A DNA stretch of 64,000 nt, taken from NCBI GenBank assembly GCA_000388065.2, contig KB932204.1; one strand, given 5' to 3'. Below the pieces are notes generated by a model. That model saw only the letters and a list, made by a program, of their open reading frames with translations, was not told where the DNA came from and searched no databases. Numbering within the stretch: position 1 is the first letter of the stretch; each line of letters opens with the position of its first letter. The translations under genes and the position numbers were made by a program. The stretch comes from Fonticula alba ATCC 38817. Its lineage: Eukaryota; Protista; Nucleariida. Positions 37,638-49,735 of this stretch are shown here, piece after piece.

Positions 37638-40138
37638 AGGGAGAGGGAGGGAAGGGAGGATGGGAAACGCACCAGTTGCAGGGAGAAGTTCTGCACGAGA
37701 AGGGCCACCAGGCGGAAGGTACGTGCAGCGCGGGGATACTCACCGAGGATGTCTTCCAGCTCGGCATCTGAGGGGGCGGCTCCCCCACGCACATCGAAGG
37801 ACAGGCGTGAAGAGAGGCCACTGGCCGAGCCAGGGTGCGAGAGGAGGGCACTGGTGGCCCCGATGAGCAGGGGGCACAGCTGGTCGCGGAGGAGCCGCAG
37901 GAAGTGGGGATGCTGTGTGTGTGGGGGGGGGGGGGGGGGGGGGAGGCAGGAAGGAGGGCGTCAATGCGAGAGGGGGAGACACGGGCCGGAAGACGGGCCG
38001 GGGAAGAAGGAACAAGTGAAGACCCATTCAAGAAGCCCGCGGGGGCTGAGACTCATGGAGTGGGACAAACCTTGGTGAAGAGCGACGCGTGTGACGTGAG
38101 GATCGATGCAAGCAGCTCCAGGCAGAGGACCTTGCCGAGGCACTCGCCACCGGGACCGGCAACATAGCCATCCTCCAGGGAGTGCGGTGGACAGGCAATC
38201 AGGAAGGAGGGCCCATCACCGGCGGCCAGGGCACACAGATCGGAGAAGAGGGAGAAGGCGTAGAGCGACTCGGTGGCCGAGCAGGAGCCTGGCGTAGTAT
38301 GGGCTTTGTGCGCGCGCGCACACACACGCACACACGCACACACGCACACAGCCATACCCATCCACGGAGATTCATCGAGGTCAAGAGCCGATGCGCAGAG
38401 AAAAAAAAACGAAGAGGGTCAGTGACCAGGGCAGGGAAGATGGAGGCAGGAGCCGGGCAAAAAAAAAAAAGACAGAAAAAAGTGGGCTGCGGAGGGGGCG
38501 GGGGCCAAGGAAAATATCCACATGGCCAGTCACGCACGGACGTCGGTGGAAGAGTACCCGAGCTCCGAATAGTCGGACCGGGCAGCCAGAGCATCCATGG
38601 CCAGGGTGGTCGAGTGGTCGAAGCACTGGGTGGCCAGCTGGCGCAGGACCGCCAGGGCGGTATTGCGCACGACGCAGTAGCCGGACGAGACAAACTGCAA
38701 GGCGTCCTGGTGGGACAGCCCAATGGCCAGGAGGTCGGAGTAGACCGGCATCGAGGGCCAGCCGGCCGGGAGGGAGGCAAAGCGTGCGGCCACCAACAGC
38801 AGACGGCTGACCAGGAGGCTGGCCGCACCGACCGGGCCGGAGTTCGCCGCGAAGGCCAGGCAATCGGGGAAGAGCACTGGCAGGAGCTGCAGCAGGCGGA
38901 GCTGTGCATCCTGGAATGGGGAAAGGGCCTGGCCGCCAGGAGCCCCGGCCGGAGTCCCAGGAGCGCCTGGAGGTCCACCGGGGGAGCCACTACCACCGGG
39001 CCCGGCAAATTGGGCGTAAATGCTGCTGCTGATGGCGGTGGCTGGGACCGGGGTGCCGGGCAGGATGGCCCCGGGCAGGATGGGCGCCACGGCACCGGGC
39101 AGGAGGGCCGGACTGGGCCCACTTGAGGCCGGGCCCCCGACCGAGGAGAGACCCCCGACGGCGGATCCGCCCCCCACGGCGGACCCGGCCACGCCAATGA
39201 GCGAGCTGATCGTGGCACCGGAGATCCCGGCAAAGGAGGGGCTGGACAGGGACTTGCCTGGGGAAATGCCGGTGTCCGGCACATGGGCGGCCAAGTCCGG
39301 CGAGTCGTCGCCGAAGAGCGACGAGTAGCTCACCCCGGCCGAGGAGAGAGCCTGGAAATAGGAAATGGGCAGGGCCCATGGGACGGCACGCGGACCGGTC
39401 AAGCGGTCGGCCAGCTCGGCCGAGGTGGGCAGGGCGGTCGGCGGACCACCACCACCCAGCTCCAGGAGGCCGGCACTGCGCTCGAGATGCTCAACAAGCA
39501 GGCATAGTTGGGACTGGGGCGGGGGGTTAGCCGGGAAAGGCTCCTGAGTGGAAGGGGAGGGGCCGCGAGCCATGGAGGGCAGCAGCTGAGGGGGGGGGGG
39601 CGGGAGCAGAGAGACGAAAGGCGCACCTGATGCACAAGGCGATTGGCCAGGCTGCGGAAGATGAGATTCAAGCCGAGAGAGCCGAGTTTGGGGAAGGCGC
39701 GAATCTTGAGAATGGCCTTGAGTGCGGGGTCAAGAAGCGAGCCTGAAACTACGCGCCAGACAGAGGGGGGCACATCGGGGGGAGAGAGAGAGAGAGAGAG
39801 AGGGAGGGAGGGACGGAGGGAGGAAAGCAATGAGTCAGGAAGCAGGGCGGAGGAGGCAACGGGACCGACATGAGCACGTACGAGCATCGGCGGGAAGCGG
39901 TGTCGAAGCGACCTCCTTGAGGGATTTCAGCGAGCCGAGCGCCGCCTGTCGGGAGGGAGGAGGGGTGGTCAGCGAGTCGGCATCGGGGAAGGGCGCGGGA
40001 AGACAAAGACCCGGGGCATAAGGCAGGTACCTCGCGAATGGAAGGGTTACGGCTGCGGGCCTCGGAGGCGATGGCATTCAGGTCGCTTTCCAGCAGAGAC
40101 CGCAATCCGGCGTCGAGAACCGGAGCCGCTGAGGACAT
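29951..40138 (-). CDS. MON2: MON2 (Golgi/endosome Sec7-family-related scaffold)
   Basis: Multi-exon, starting MSSAAPVLDAGLRSLLESDLNAIASEARSRNPSIRE. Conserved blocks: QLRLLQLLP, VVRNTALAVLRQL, YAFSLFSDLC..LCLELLASIL, FLRLLRDQLCPLL, ESEIYLSMI, WMRILSME, DLNSSLTAMSLLWNIADF, CDPRPEVRAAAVQTL, QKQWDGSRVLAISG and RHLLLLQPT. Many G/S/P/A-rich insertions. Confidence 0.9.
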
Positions 40139-42077
40139 GGTGCACGTCCGCGCGGTGTGCCAGCGCGAAATTCGGCGAGGAGCGAGAAGGAAGGGAGCGG
40201 AGAGAAGGGAGGGAGTGTGGCAGGGGGGGGGGGAAGGGGGAACAAAACAGGGAAAAGGACAAAGTGAGAAGGGGATGGTTGCCCGGCCGCTCAGGACCGC
40301 GAGGGCCGGCGGGGGGGCGGTTGATCGATCTCTTCGTGTCACAGGGAAACGCGGTTGGCAAGACGCCAGGTGCCGACCGGCCGGGGGGGGGGGGGGGTCT
40401 TGCGTGTGATGGAGAAATTCCCCCGGAGGCCCCAGGCCGAGACATGGAGTGAGCCCAGCTCTTCACCGGCCCAAGCTATCCACCCCCCCGCGCTTCCAAC
40501 AACGATGGGCAACTCGGAAAACATTCGGGCAGGGGCGTCCCGGGGGCGGGGCAGTGGTCGACAGCGCCAATCGATCAGCCTCCCTCCTCCACCGAGAGCA
40601 GGCAGGCTGGCCAATCGGTTGGTCTCTTGTGCTTCCGGAGAACCGTGACCTTCTTTTCGTCGAGTCACCCGGACCAACGGGCTGGAGGGGGGGGGGGGAT
40701 GGGAGAAGAACGACTCTGCCTTACCCGAGCCCTGTCCTTGTCCTCGGGCTTCGGATCCCCNNNNNNNNNNNNNNNNNNNNNNNNNNNNNNNNNNNNNNNN
40801 NNNNNNNNNNNNNNNNNNNNNNNNNNNNNNNNNNNNNNNNNNNNNNNNNNNNNNNNNNNNNNNNNNNNNNNNNNNNNNNNNNNNNNCCCCCCCCCTGCAG
40901 GAGTAGAGTACACGCCCAACTTTCGACCCCCTGCTCTTTGTGCCGCCCAAAGTTGTTGCCTGGGGAGAACGACCGACCACAGGACAAGGATAGCCCTTGC
41001 CAGGGCGCGGGCTTGGACACACGGGGGTGCGTGCGCGCACACGCGTAAGGGGTGGCAGTCATTCCCGAGCAGGCCTCGATGATGCCAGCTTATTTGGAGA
41101 ACCGGGTGACGATCTTTTTGCGTCCCACGTTTGGGTGGAAGGGGGCGGGGGGGGGCGGGGGCGGGGGCGGCGGGAGACGTCCCAGTCGGGCTGTACAGTA
41201 AACCCGGAGAGGACACGATTGGCCCCCAGGCCGCCCCGCCTCGGACACACTGCCGGCTGTGCCTCTCGGCCTCCTGTCAATCGAGCTCCTGCCCTTCGTC
41301 ACCCACAATTACCATCTTCCGGATCTCGGGTGAGGCCCTTGTCCTATCGTGGCCAGAACCCACAAGTCATTATCGGGAGCCTATTAAGAAACAGGCCCAC
41401 CGCCGGGGGAGCGCCTCCGGCACGGACCGAGGGCAGCCGATGGAAATGCAACAAAGCAATGCGAGGGGGGTAGGAGGGGAAAAGAGAGAAACAGAGGGAG
41501 GGGTGGGGGCCCGGGGTGGGAAGAGGAGGGCGGTGTAGAGGGCCGAGGCAGACCCCCCACCCACCCCTCTGGGGCACGGGGGGCGCCTGGGGGCGAGAAC
41601 CCGCCTGACTATGGCCGCTAAAGGGTGTACAGATCTTCCTACTCAGCTGGGAGCATGACGCCGACCAGATGACTGTCCGTGCTCCCACACCCCCCTCTCC
41701 CCCCCCCCCCTTCACCATCCACATACTTTCCTTTTCTTGTCTGCCTCTCCCATCCACCCCACCGCCACCTGTTGAGGCCTCTTGACACACGCGTTTCCAT
41801 CCTTCGGCTCTCACTCTCCTACCCCCCGCGCAACGGCACATACATCCGTTCGCCAGGACCATCACTTGGCTCGGAGCTCCACGCGTCTGACGCGAAAGCC
41901 CATTTGAAGCAGAAGGCCACCCGTTCCGGAAATGGCCATGCCCCGGGAGAGTCATACCGATTTGCGTTCCTGAGCAGCGCCCCTTCCAGAGCCTCCAACC
42001 TCCGCCAGCTCCTTGCGCCGAGGCAGCCAGCCACCTCCTCGTGAGATCCTCCTATTCGGCACTTAGACAGAACCAAC

Positions 42078-45000
42078 ATGCGGGGCTTGTCCCGGCGCGG
42101 GCGCTTTCTCGCCTTCGCCATCGTCCTGGCATCGCTGAGTGTTTGTCTTCTGGCCCTCTTCGGCCATAAGGTGCGCACCTGAGCTTCGCACCTTCACCGG
42201 GGGAGCTCGGGACGGATGAACGGGCTGGGTGGGCAGGCTCGCGGGCCGGAGGGACATGGGCGGGACATGGGCGGGAGCCCCGATGTGTCGGCTCGGCATG
42301 GGCCCCCTCGCCCGTCGCCGTCCGAGCATTCGACCCTGTCTGGGGCTTAGCTTGTAAAGGGCACACCCGTCGCCTCAAAGCAAGCCAGCCGGCTCTCGGT
42401 GGCTTGGCAGCGTGGCATGCGTGTGGTGTCCATCGGCAAATGGCCGCCAATGGGCCATGACAGCTCTTGTCACCTCACAAGTTGAGCGAGGCTGAGTGGC
42501 ATCGAGCGAGGGGAGGGCCACCTTGGCCGGCCAGGGGCGCTGGCCATGTGCCATCATATCGCCTCGGAGGCCTTTTTCTTCTGCCTCTTCCCGGGACTAA
42601 CGAGCTCCTTCGGGGCGATGCCCCTGCGCCACCTTTCTTTCGCCCCGGGCAGGAGACGCCCTTTCTCACGGTGCAGGGCGATGTGATTTTCACCTTCCCC
42701 GGGAACACGCGACACCGATCGGCCCCGACCCAGTCGACCTCGCCGATGTACCAACATGCCCGGCCGGAGGGGGATCCCGACAACATGCCCCGGCCGACCG
42801 GGTTCGACATTGACCGCATCATCAAGCAATTTGAGGATGCTCGGCCGAAGGAACTCGACGACGAGTCCGGCATCCTGGATGAGAAGGCGGTCGAGGATCT
42901 CCTGTCACTGGATCCGGAATGGGCCCAACGGCCGGCAGCACCGCGCAAGCCCACCCAAGCGCCACCGGCCGCGGTGGTGGCGGAACCTACGATCCCCCCG
43001 GCCGCCGCCCCGACGGTGACGCCGACCCCTGCTCCGACAGTGGCGGCCGCTAAGCCGTCGGCCGATCCGGACATCGAGCTTCCCCTGCTGGAGGCGGAGC
43101 TCGACCAGAAGTCCGACAGCGACAAGGACGAGGAGGAGGAGGAGGAGGAGGAAGAGGGCGATTTCCTGGCCTCCCCCACCGACAAGCCGGCGGAGGACAA
43201 GCCGGCCGGCTCGAAGGCAGCTGCCAAGCCGGGCTCCGCCAAGGACGACGGCTTTGTCGATGTGCTCGACGAAGGCCCAGGTGATGAGCTTGAGGAGGGA
43301 CCGGGCGAAGTTCGGCCCAGTGAGGCGCTTCTCACCGGCGATGGAGGTGCGTAGAGGTGGGGTTCAAAATGGAATGCGTCCCATGCCGAAAGGATGGCCT
43401 GCTGACTTTCCTTCGCCGCGCGGCCTGGTGCCACGCGTATTGGCCATGCGCACGGTTCCGGGCGTTCATCATGTTTGGGGCGTGGCATTCATGCCCTCCC
43501 GCAGCTCGGTGCCCCTCACTCGACAGCACCCGTCTTCGGAGGTACGCACGGCAAAGCCACATTCTTCACAGTCGCCTGCGATTGAGAGAACCATCTTCCC
43601 CCAGGAGATCTGTCATGGAGGCAAACTCGCGCCGGGAACCACTTGCCCGCAATATCCGTCCGCGTCCCGATTCATACCTCCTACTCACGCGCACATGCCC
43701 ACACACACACACACACACACACGCGTAGCATCCTCCCGCCAGAGCGCTTCTCGCTGACGGAGCCCCGGGTGTCGTCGCTCAACCAGACCTTCTTGGAGAT
43801 TGACATTCGGCCATCGCCGGACTTCTTCTGCGGGCTCAAGCCGTGCGACGATACGGAAACCTGCAATGGGTTCACATTTTTCGATGTACGTCTGCGGAAT
43901 GCAGCGGACCGCCCTCTTGAGGCAATGTGAGACTGCCCGCATGTGCCATTGGCCATGGGAGAGGGGACGTGCCCGGTGCTAACATGGGGCTCCGGCGACA
44001 GACGACCATCCAGGCGCACGGCCTGGTTCTTGGGCCCCATAGCGTGCAGCATATGCCACGCCATGGTGGACAGTACCGCATGCTTTTCAAGGTTCCCTAT
44101 CCGGGTGAGTGGCACATCAACACGGACTTGACCATCTTCAATTACACCCGAGTCTTCGAGTACGTGCGACCCTGTCGGGAAGGGGCCAGAGGGCCTTTCC
44201 GCCCCCCCTGCCCCCCCCGCCCCCCCCCCCCCCCCCGCCCCAGCACTGCTGTTCAGGGAGACCGGGACCTCCTTCCCGGCGGACAGGGGCTGCTCACTGA
44301 CACCATGCTCGACCGCGGATTAGGCACCACCCCCATCGGCCACGGTTCCTGGAGAGCTGGGTCGGAAGCGTGGATGTGAAGAAGCTTTATCCGGAGCAGT
44401 ACTTCAAGCAAAGCGTCCGGAACTCGCCCATCCTGGCGGCCATTCCATCTGCCGGATCGATGCAGCCAATCACCGTGCGCAACCCAGCCATGTACTTTGT
44501 GGCCGGACATCACAAGGGACACAAGCTTCTCAGCGAGAAGCAGTATGTCGATGGGTCCGCCAATACCGACGACATGGATGTCGAGGCGGCCCTGGCTGCG
44601 GCGCGGACCTTCCAACAGGAAGTGAAGGAGTCGCGCCAGGAGCTGCCTCTTTGCCGGGAGCCGGATATCTTTGATCCGGACCGCCCGTATGGGTTCTGGA
44701 ATACGCGGACATACGAGTGGTTCCACATGGGCTGCCGGCTGAAGCGGTTCCCAGACCGAACCTCGATGGAGTGTACGTCACACGACATGCCCGCCTTGCA
44801 GCCTCCATCTGGCCGATTGCCTGCCACATCATTTGGGCGTATGCGTGTGAAGGTGCCCGTGCTCGGTGTCGATACGAGGCCCTTTCCATGGCCGGGAACA
44901 CCACATCCACCACCCATCGATGGACCCGCTGCCCGAAACTGACGAACGCCAAATCCAGATGTCCACGAGCACGAACGCCAATTGCCCTCGATCTTGGAGC

Positions 45001-45158
45001 ACTTCCGCCGTCAGTGGATCCGCATTGTGGGCGATTCCAACTCGCGGCATCTGTTCCTTCTCCTTTGCGAGCATGGGTGCGTTGTGATATGGGCGAAAAG
45101 AACCGGCCGCCCAGGGAAGGGCATTGTCCCATGGGCTTCTTTTGGATAGCGAGGGTTC

Positions 45159-45207
<49 letters not shown>

Positions 45208-46046
45208 CGCGCGTACGTGGTAAAAAAAACGCCCGACCGCTGAACCGGGGACCATATGGGGGTGGGGGGGGGGGCCTTGCCACACACAGAAAGGCGAATG
45301 TGGTCGACAGCGAGGACAAGAAGGGCAAGGCCTGCTACATCAGCTCGCACGACCTGGCCGTGACATACTTCTCCTGGTGGCCGATTCACACGCAGAATGT
45401 CACGGAACAGCTCCTCCTCCAGGGAGTCAGCGATGACATGCAACAGATGGCCGACGGCTCGGACCTGAGCCTGATCGTGGGCGATGATGAGGATGCCGAG
45501 GATCGCCTCCTCGGAATGGACATGCGGGCCCCGCATGCCACCCTCATTAGCACCGGCACCCATTCGTACCAGGACACCATGCGCGAGGGCCCCGAAGTGT
45601 GGAGCTACTTGCGGACATACGCCCGGCACTTGGCCCGCCTGGACCGGGAACGGTCCTCCGGCGAGGCCGGGCTCTTCGGCTCGACCGGCACGGACAAGCC
45701 GGCTCGCATCATCCTCCTGGACACGACGGCCAGCAATCCCAAGTGGCTGGACTCCCGCCCGGGCCAGTTCGATGGGGTGTTCCTGTTGCAGAACAATGCC
45801 CGACTGAATTTCCGAAATCGCCGTCTCCGAGAAATCCAAGCCGAAGAAACGGACCCCGATGTGCTGGAGCGCATTCGCATCATGGAGATGTATCGTCTGA
45901 CGGAGCCGGTGGCAACCGGGTCGCTGCTGCGCGATGCGGTGCACCTCCACTGGCACTATTACTTGGGCTTGTTGGAGGTCCTCTTCAACGGCATCGCCGG
46001 CGGCAAGTGGCCAAGCCCCGAGTCGCCCCCGGTACCGACCGAGTGA
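42078..46046 (+). CDS. Type II membrane SGNH-fold protein, NXPE/PC-esterase (TBL/Cas1p-like O-acyltransferase/esterase) family
   Basis: Exon 1 (42078-42170) encodes MRGLSRRGRFLAFAIVLASLSVCLLALFGHK, a basic N-terminus plus signal-anchor. A P/acidic stalk and a beta-rich segment (GGQYRMLFKVPYPGEWHI) follow, then LPLC..YGFWN..WFHMGCRL, IRIVGDSNSRHLF (GDS at 45030-45038) and LRDAVH (DxxH at 45933-45944). The final exons are 44959-45076 and 45290-46046. Confidence 0.75.
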
Positions 46047-46516
46047 AGGGGGCCCAGAAAGAGAGACGGAGACCCGGGCAGAAAGAGAGCGAGGGAGAGG
46101 AAGAGCGAGAGAGACAGAGAGAGAGAGAGAGAGAGAAGGAGAAAGGGGAGCAAGGCGAGATAGCGCTCCCCCCAGGGGCAAGTCCATGTCAGAAAAGGGA
46201 ACTAGACCGGCCGTGGGCGTGCGTTTCCGCGCCCGAGCACTCTCCAACACCACCACCCCCTCCGGCCCTCGCCCGGTTCCTCATCCCCCCCCCCCCCCCC
46301 GCGATGGCACAACTTGCCAAAGAAAACGCCGCCCAAAAATAAAGGCCTTCGCCGCAAGAGAGGAGCAGCCCCAAAGGCAGCCCATTCCAGAGGGAAAGGT
46401 GTTCATTCTACAGGGGTAAGGAGGGAAAGGGGTGGCATCCCAAGATGCGAAGAGAAACTGCTTGGAAAGGGAGGCGACAGGGAGACCCGAGGCCGGGAAG
46501 GGAAGACACGGCGCAA

Positions 46517-48967
46517 CTAGTTCATCATGAACTTGCGCTGCTTCTTCTTCTTCTCCGTGGAAGGAGCGGCGTCGGTGGTCTCCTCGGAGGAGGTGCGCTT
46601 TCGCCGCTTCCCGGTGGTCTGCTCGATGGCCGCCAGGACATCGGTCATGGCCTGGCTGTTGGCGGCGCCGGTTTGGAACTGGCCCGTCGGCGCCACATAC
46701 TCGGTGGACACCTGAGACCCGGTGTCCCGAAGAGCGCCCTTCGGGACGGCCTCTTGGAAGAGGGCGTCAATATCCTTGGAGGCACTGTCCTCCTGGCCGG
46801 GGGCCTCTTCGGCATCAAGAAGAAGCTGGGAAGGAGTGGGGGGAAAGAAAAAAAGGGTCTCCATGTTAGAGGGGGGGAAGTGGGGAAGGGAAAAAAAAGA
46901 ACAGGAAGGAAAAACAGAGTGGAGCCGAGGAAAGAAAAGAAAAGAAAGAGCCCTGACACGCACATCATGGGAGTCCGAGGCCGAGGTGCGGCTCTTCTTC
47001 TTGCTCTTCTTCTTGTCAGAGGACTTGGCCGAAGGGCCATCGGCCGCGAGCTTCCCGGCATCCGAAAAACCGAGCTCCGTCATGAGGCTGTCATCCTCCT
47101 GGCGAAGTTGCTCCAGAAGCGGATCACTCGACTTGCTGGTGGGGGCTGGCTCGGCCAGCAGGTCCGAGAATAGGGCCTTCTTCCGCTCGACCGACTCAGC
47201 CTGAGCCACCCACTGATCCTTCCCCTTGAGGTACTCGTCGATGCGGCAGTTCCGCAGGACCAGCCGCCCGGAGGGGGTATTGGCCAGGTCCTCCCGACGG
47301 GCGGCCAGCTCCGAGGCAATGGACTCGCGAGTGGGGATGTCCGAAATGCGCCAGATCTTGTCGACAACATGAGAGGCAAAGCGATTCTCAGCCAGCTGTC
47401 ATAGTCAGGAGGTGTGCATCGCACGAGGGAAGGAGGAGGGAGGGGGTCAGCTGGGACAACGATGAAAAGGGGAGGAAGAGTGAAGAGAGTGAAGAGAGCG
47501 AAGAGAGCGAAGAGAGCGAAAGGGGGGAAGGATGGGAGGGAGGGCAAGGAGGAGCGAACACACGCTGGCAAAATGGCCCTTAAGCTTGCGGGTCATGCGC
47601 TTCTTGGCGGCATCCGGCGAGGTGCCATTGAAGAAGGCCTCCATGACACGGCTGCCGGAGGGATGGCGGCACCAATCAAGTAGCTCACTGCTCTCGTAGT
47701 TGACAATGGCATCCGACAGATAGCGGACCTGATTCTCGGCAAAGAGGAAGAGATTTTGCAGAATCAGGCACCCGGGGACGGAGATGCCCTCCTTGGAGCG
47801 GGAGCTGGGCAATGCCACCAGTCGACGGATAGTCTCCTTACGGTCGGTCATACTCCGGAGGTTGAGAGCCTTGGCAAGGCACTACAAGAGGAGGCAAAAA
47901 GTCAGAATCCACGAGAAAGAGAGGGAGAGAGGGAGAGAGAGAGAAGGGGGGGGGGAGGAAGGCAGCCGGGTGGGAGACGAATCACAAAAAGCCAGCGCAA
48001 AGGAGGAGAGCGCCCTGACTGTCGGGCAGGCAGACGCACGGCATTGAACTCCTTGAAGAGGCCATTCAGGCGGACACACGAATTCGACAGGGCCACAAGG
48101 ATGCCACTCCGGTGAGGAAGAAGCTCCTCGGCGAAGGGAGTCACCTCAATGAGAATGAGCTCCAGAGTCGGGAGGGTCGGGATGACGGAAATCAGGTGCG
48201 ACACGACGAAGTTGGCCGACTGGTCGCGGATCATGTCCGCCAGGTGGCCACGGAAGACCGCCGTGTAGAGCGGGACATACTGAGACTCGGGCAGGACGGT
48301 GAGAATGCACTCGACCACATGGCTGGACACGCGGCCGGACAGCATGCCACCTACTACCGAGATGTTGGAGAACCCCGAACCCAGAAGCGGGGTCAGGAGG
48401 CGCTCGACGAGGCTGGCCTCGGAGGTGGGCCCGGCCAGACGATCCAAGCGCTGAGCCGCTTGGAGCAACTCCTGGAAGACAGCCGCGGCGTATGTGTCAC
48501 AGCAAACTTGTTCGATGGCCTCGGGCGGGGAATCGGCCAGCGTCGAGAGGAAACTCTCGACGATGGCGTAGAACCGAGTGGCGAAGGCCTCCGGGACGGG
48601 GGCACCGGCCTCGGCCGAGGCGCCGCGGTGCGCCGGGCCAGGCTGCACCGCCGAAAGGCCCTTCTTCTGGCGAGCCTGCTGCTGCTGGACGGCCGGGTCC
48701 GCGCCGGACAGCAGGGCCAGCAGGGCGCGGATGACGTGCGACGCATACTTGTCGAACATGGCATTTAGGAGGGTGCCCTCAAGGACCTATCCATCCGGGG
48801 GTAAGTGAGACAGAGACAGAGAAAGAAGGAAAGAGAAGGGTCAGCGAGAGGAGAGACGCGAGAGGAAGAGAGAGGAAGAGAGAGAGAGAGAGGAAGAGAG
48901 AGAGAGGGAGAGAGAGGAAGAGAGAGAGAGGAAGAGAGAGGAAGAGAGAGAGAGGAAGAGAGAGAGA

Positions 48968-49005
<38 letters not shown>

Positions 49006-49735
49006 GACAGGAGAAAATGCGGCCCAGGGCGGACGGCCAGGGGGATGAACCGCATGAAAGACATCCGGCCCCAACATGGGACAGCAATCGCCCGATCGCA
49101 CCTTGGCCATGTCGGAAATGTGGCTGATGATGCCGGACTCGTCTCCCTGAGCCAGCTGACGCTGGGCCGTCGCATGGGCCAGGGTAATGACCTTCTGGAC
49201 GACATGGGAACCATTGTGGTGGTCGGAGATCTTGGGGAAGAGATCCACCATGTACCGGGTGAGGGCGGTGAGCTGATCATCACTGGTCAGCTGGATGATG
49301 CGCTCAAGAGTGCGACTCGACTCGGAGTCCAAATAGCAAGCAACCTTCGGACCAACCTCCTCGAGGACATTGTCCACAAGGGAGCTGGTTTCTGGAGGGA
49401 GGACAACCCATCGCACACAGGCAGGGAGAAGCGAGGGGGGGAATCTCGGGTGAGTAGGTTGCAAGCTGAAAAGTCCCCGGGCGGGGGAGGGGGCGCGAGA
49501 GAGGGAGAGAGACCGGTGGAGGGCGAATATACGCACGAGCGAGATCCATGTCGCCAGACATGTCATCCAGGGTGGTTGCGATCTGCTGCAGGTACTTGAA
49601 GGTCGCGGCCGACGCATGAGTGGCCTCATCGGCATCGGGCTCGGAGCGGGTTTTGTTGGCGGCAACCGTGTCACCAGGCCGGCTGCGTCCGGAGCCCCAC
49701 TTGGAGCCAACGGGCTTCTTGGCAGGGGTGGACAT
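46517..49735 (-). CDS. NOP9: Nucleolar protein 9 (pumilio/PUF-repeat, 18S rRNA maturation)
   Basis: Multi-exon with Nop9-type PUF repeats: DSESSRTLERII, HHNGSHVVQKV, DKYASHVIR, DTYAAAVFQ, GRVSSHVVE, DQSANFVV, GCLILQNLF, HPSGSRVMEAF, NRFASHVVDKIW and TPSGRLVLRNCRID. The C-terminus is basic. Confidence 0.9.

Noticed and set aside
40400-42050. ORFs of 100-230 aa in the MON2/PC-esterase divergent intergenic region (for example 41131-41538, 41679-42044)
   Set aside because: No recognisable motifs, and they overlap repeats and a gap. Treated as intergenic or UTR sequence.
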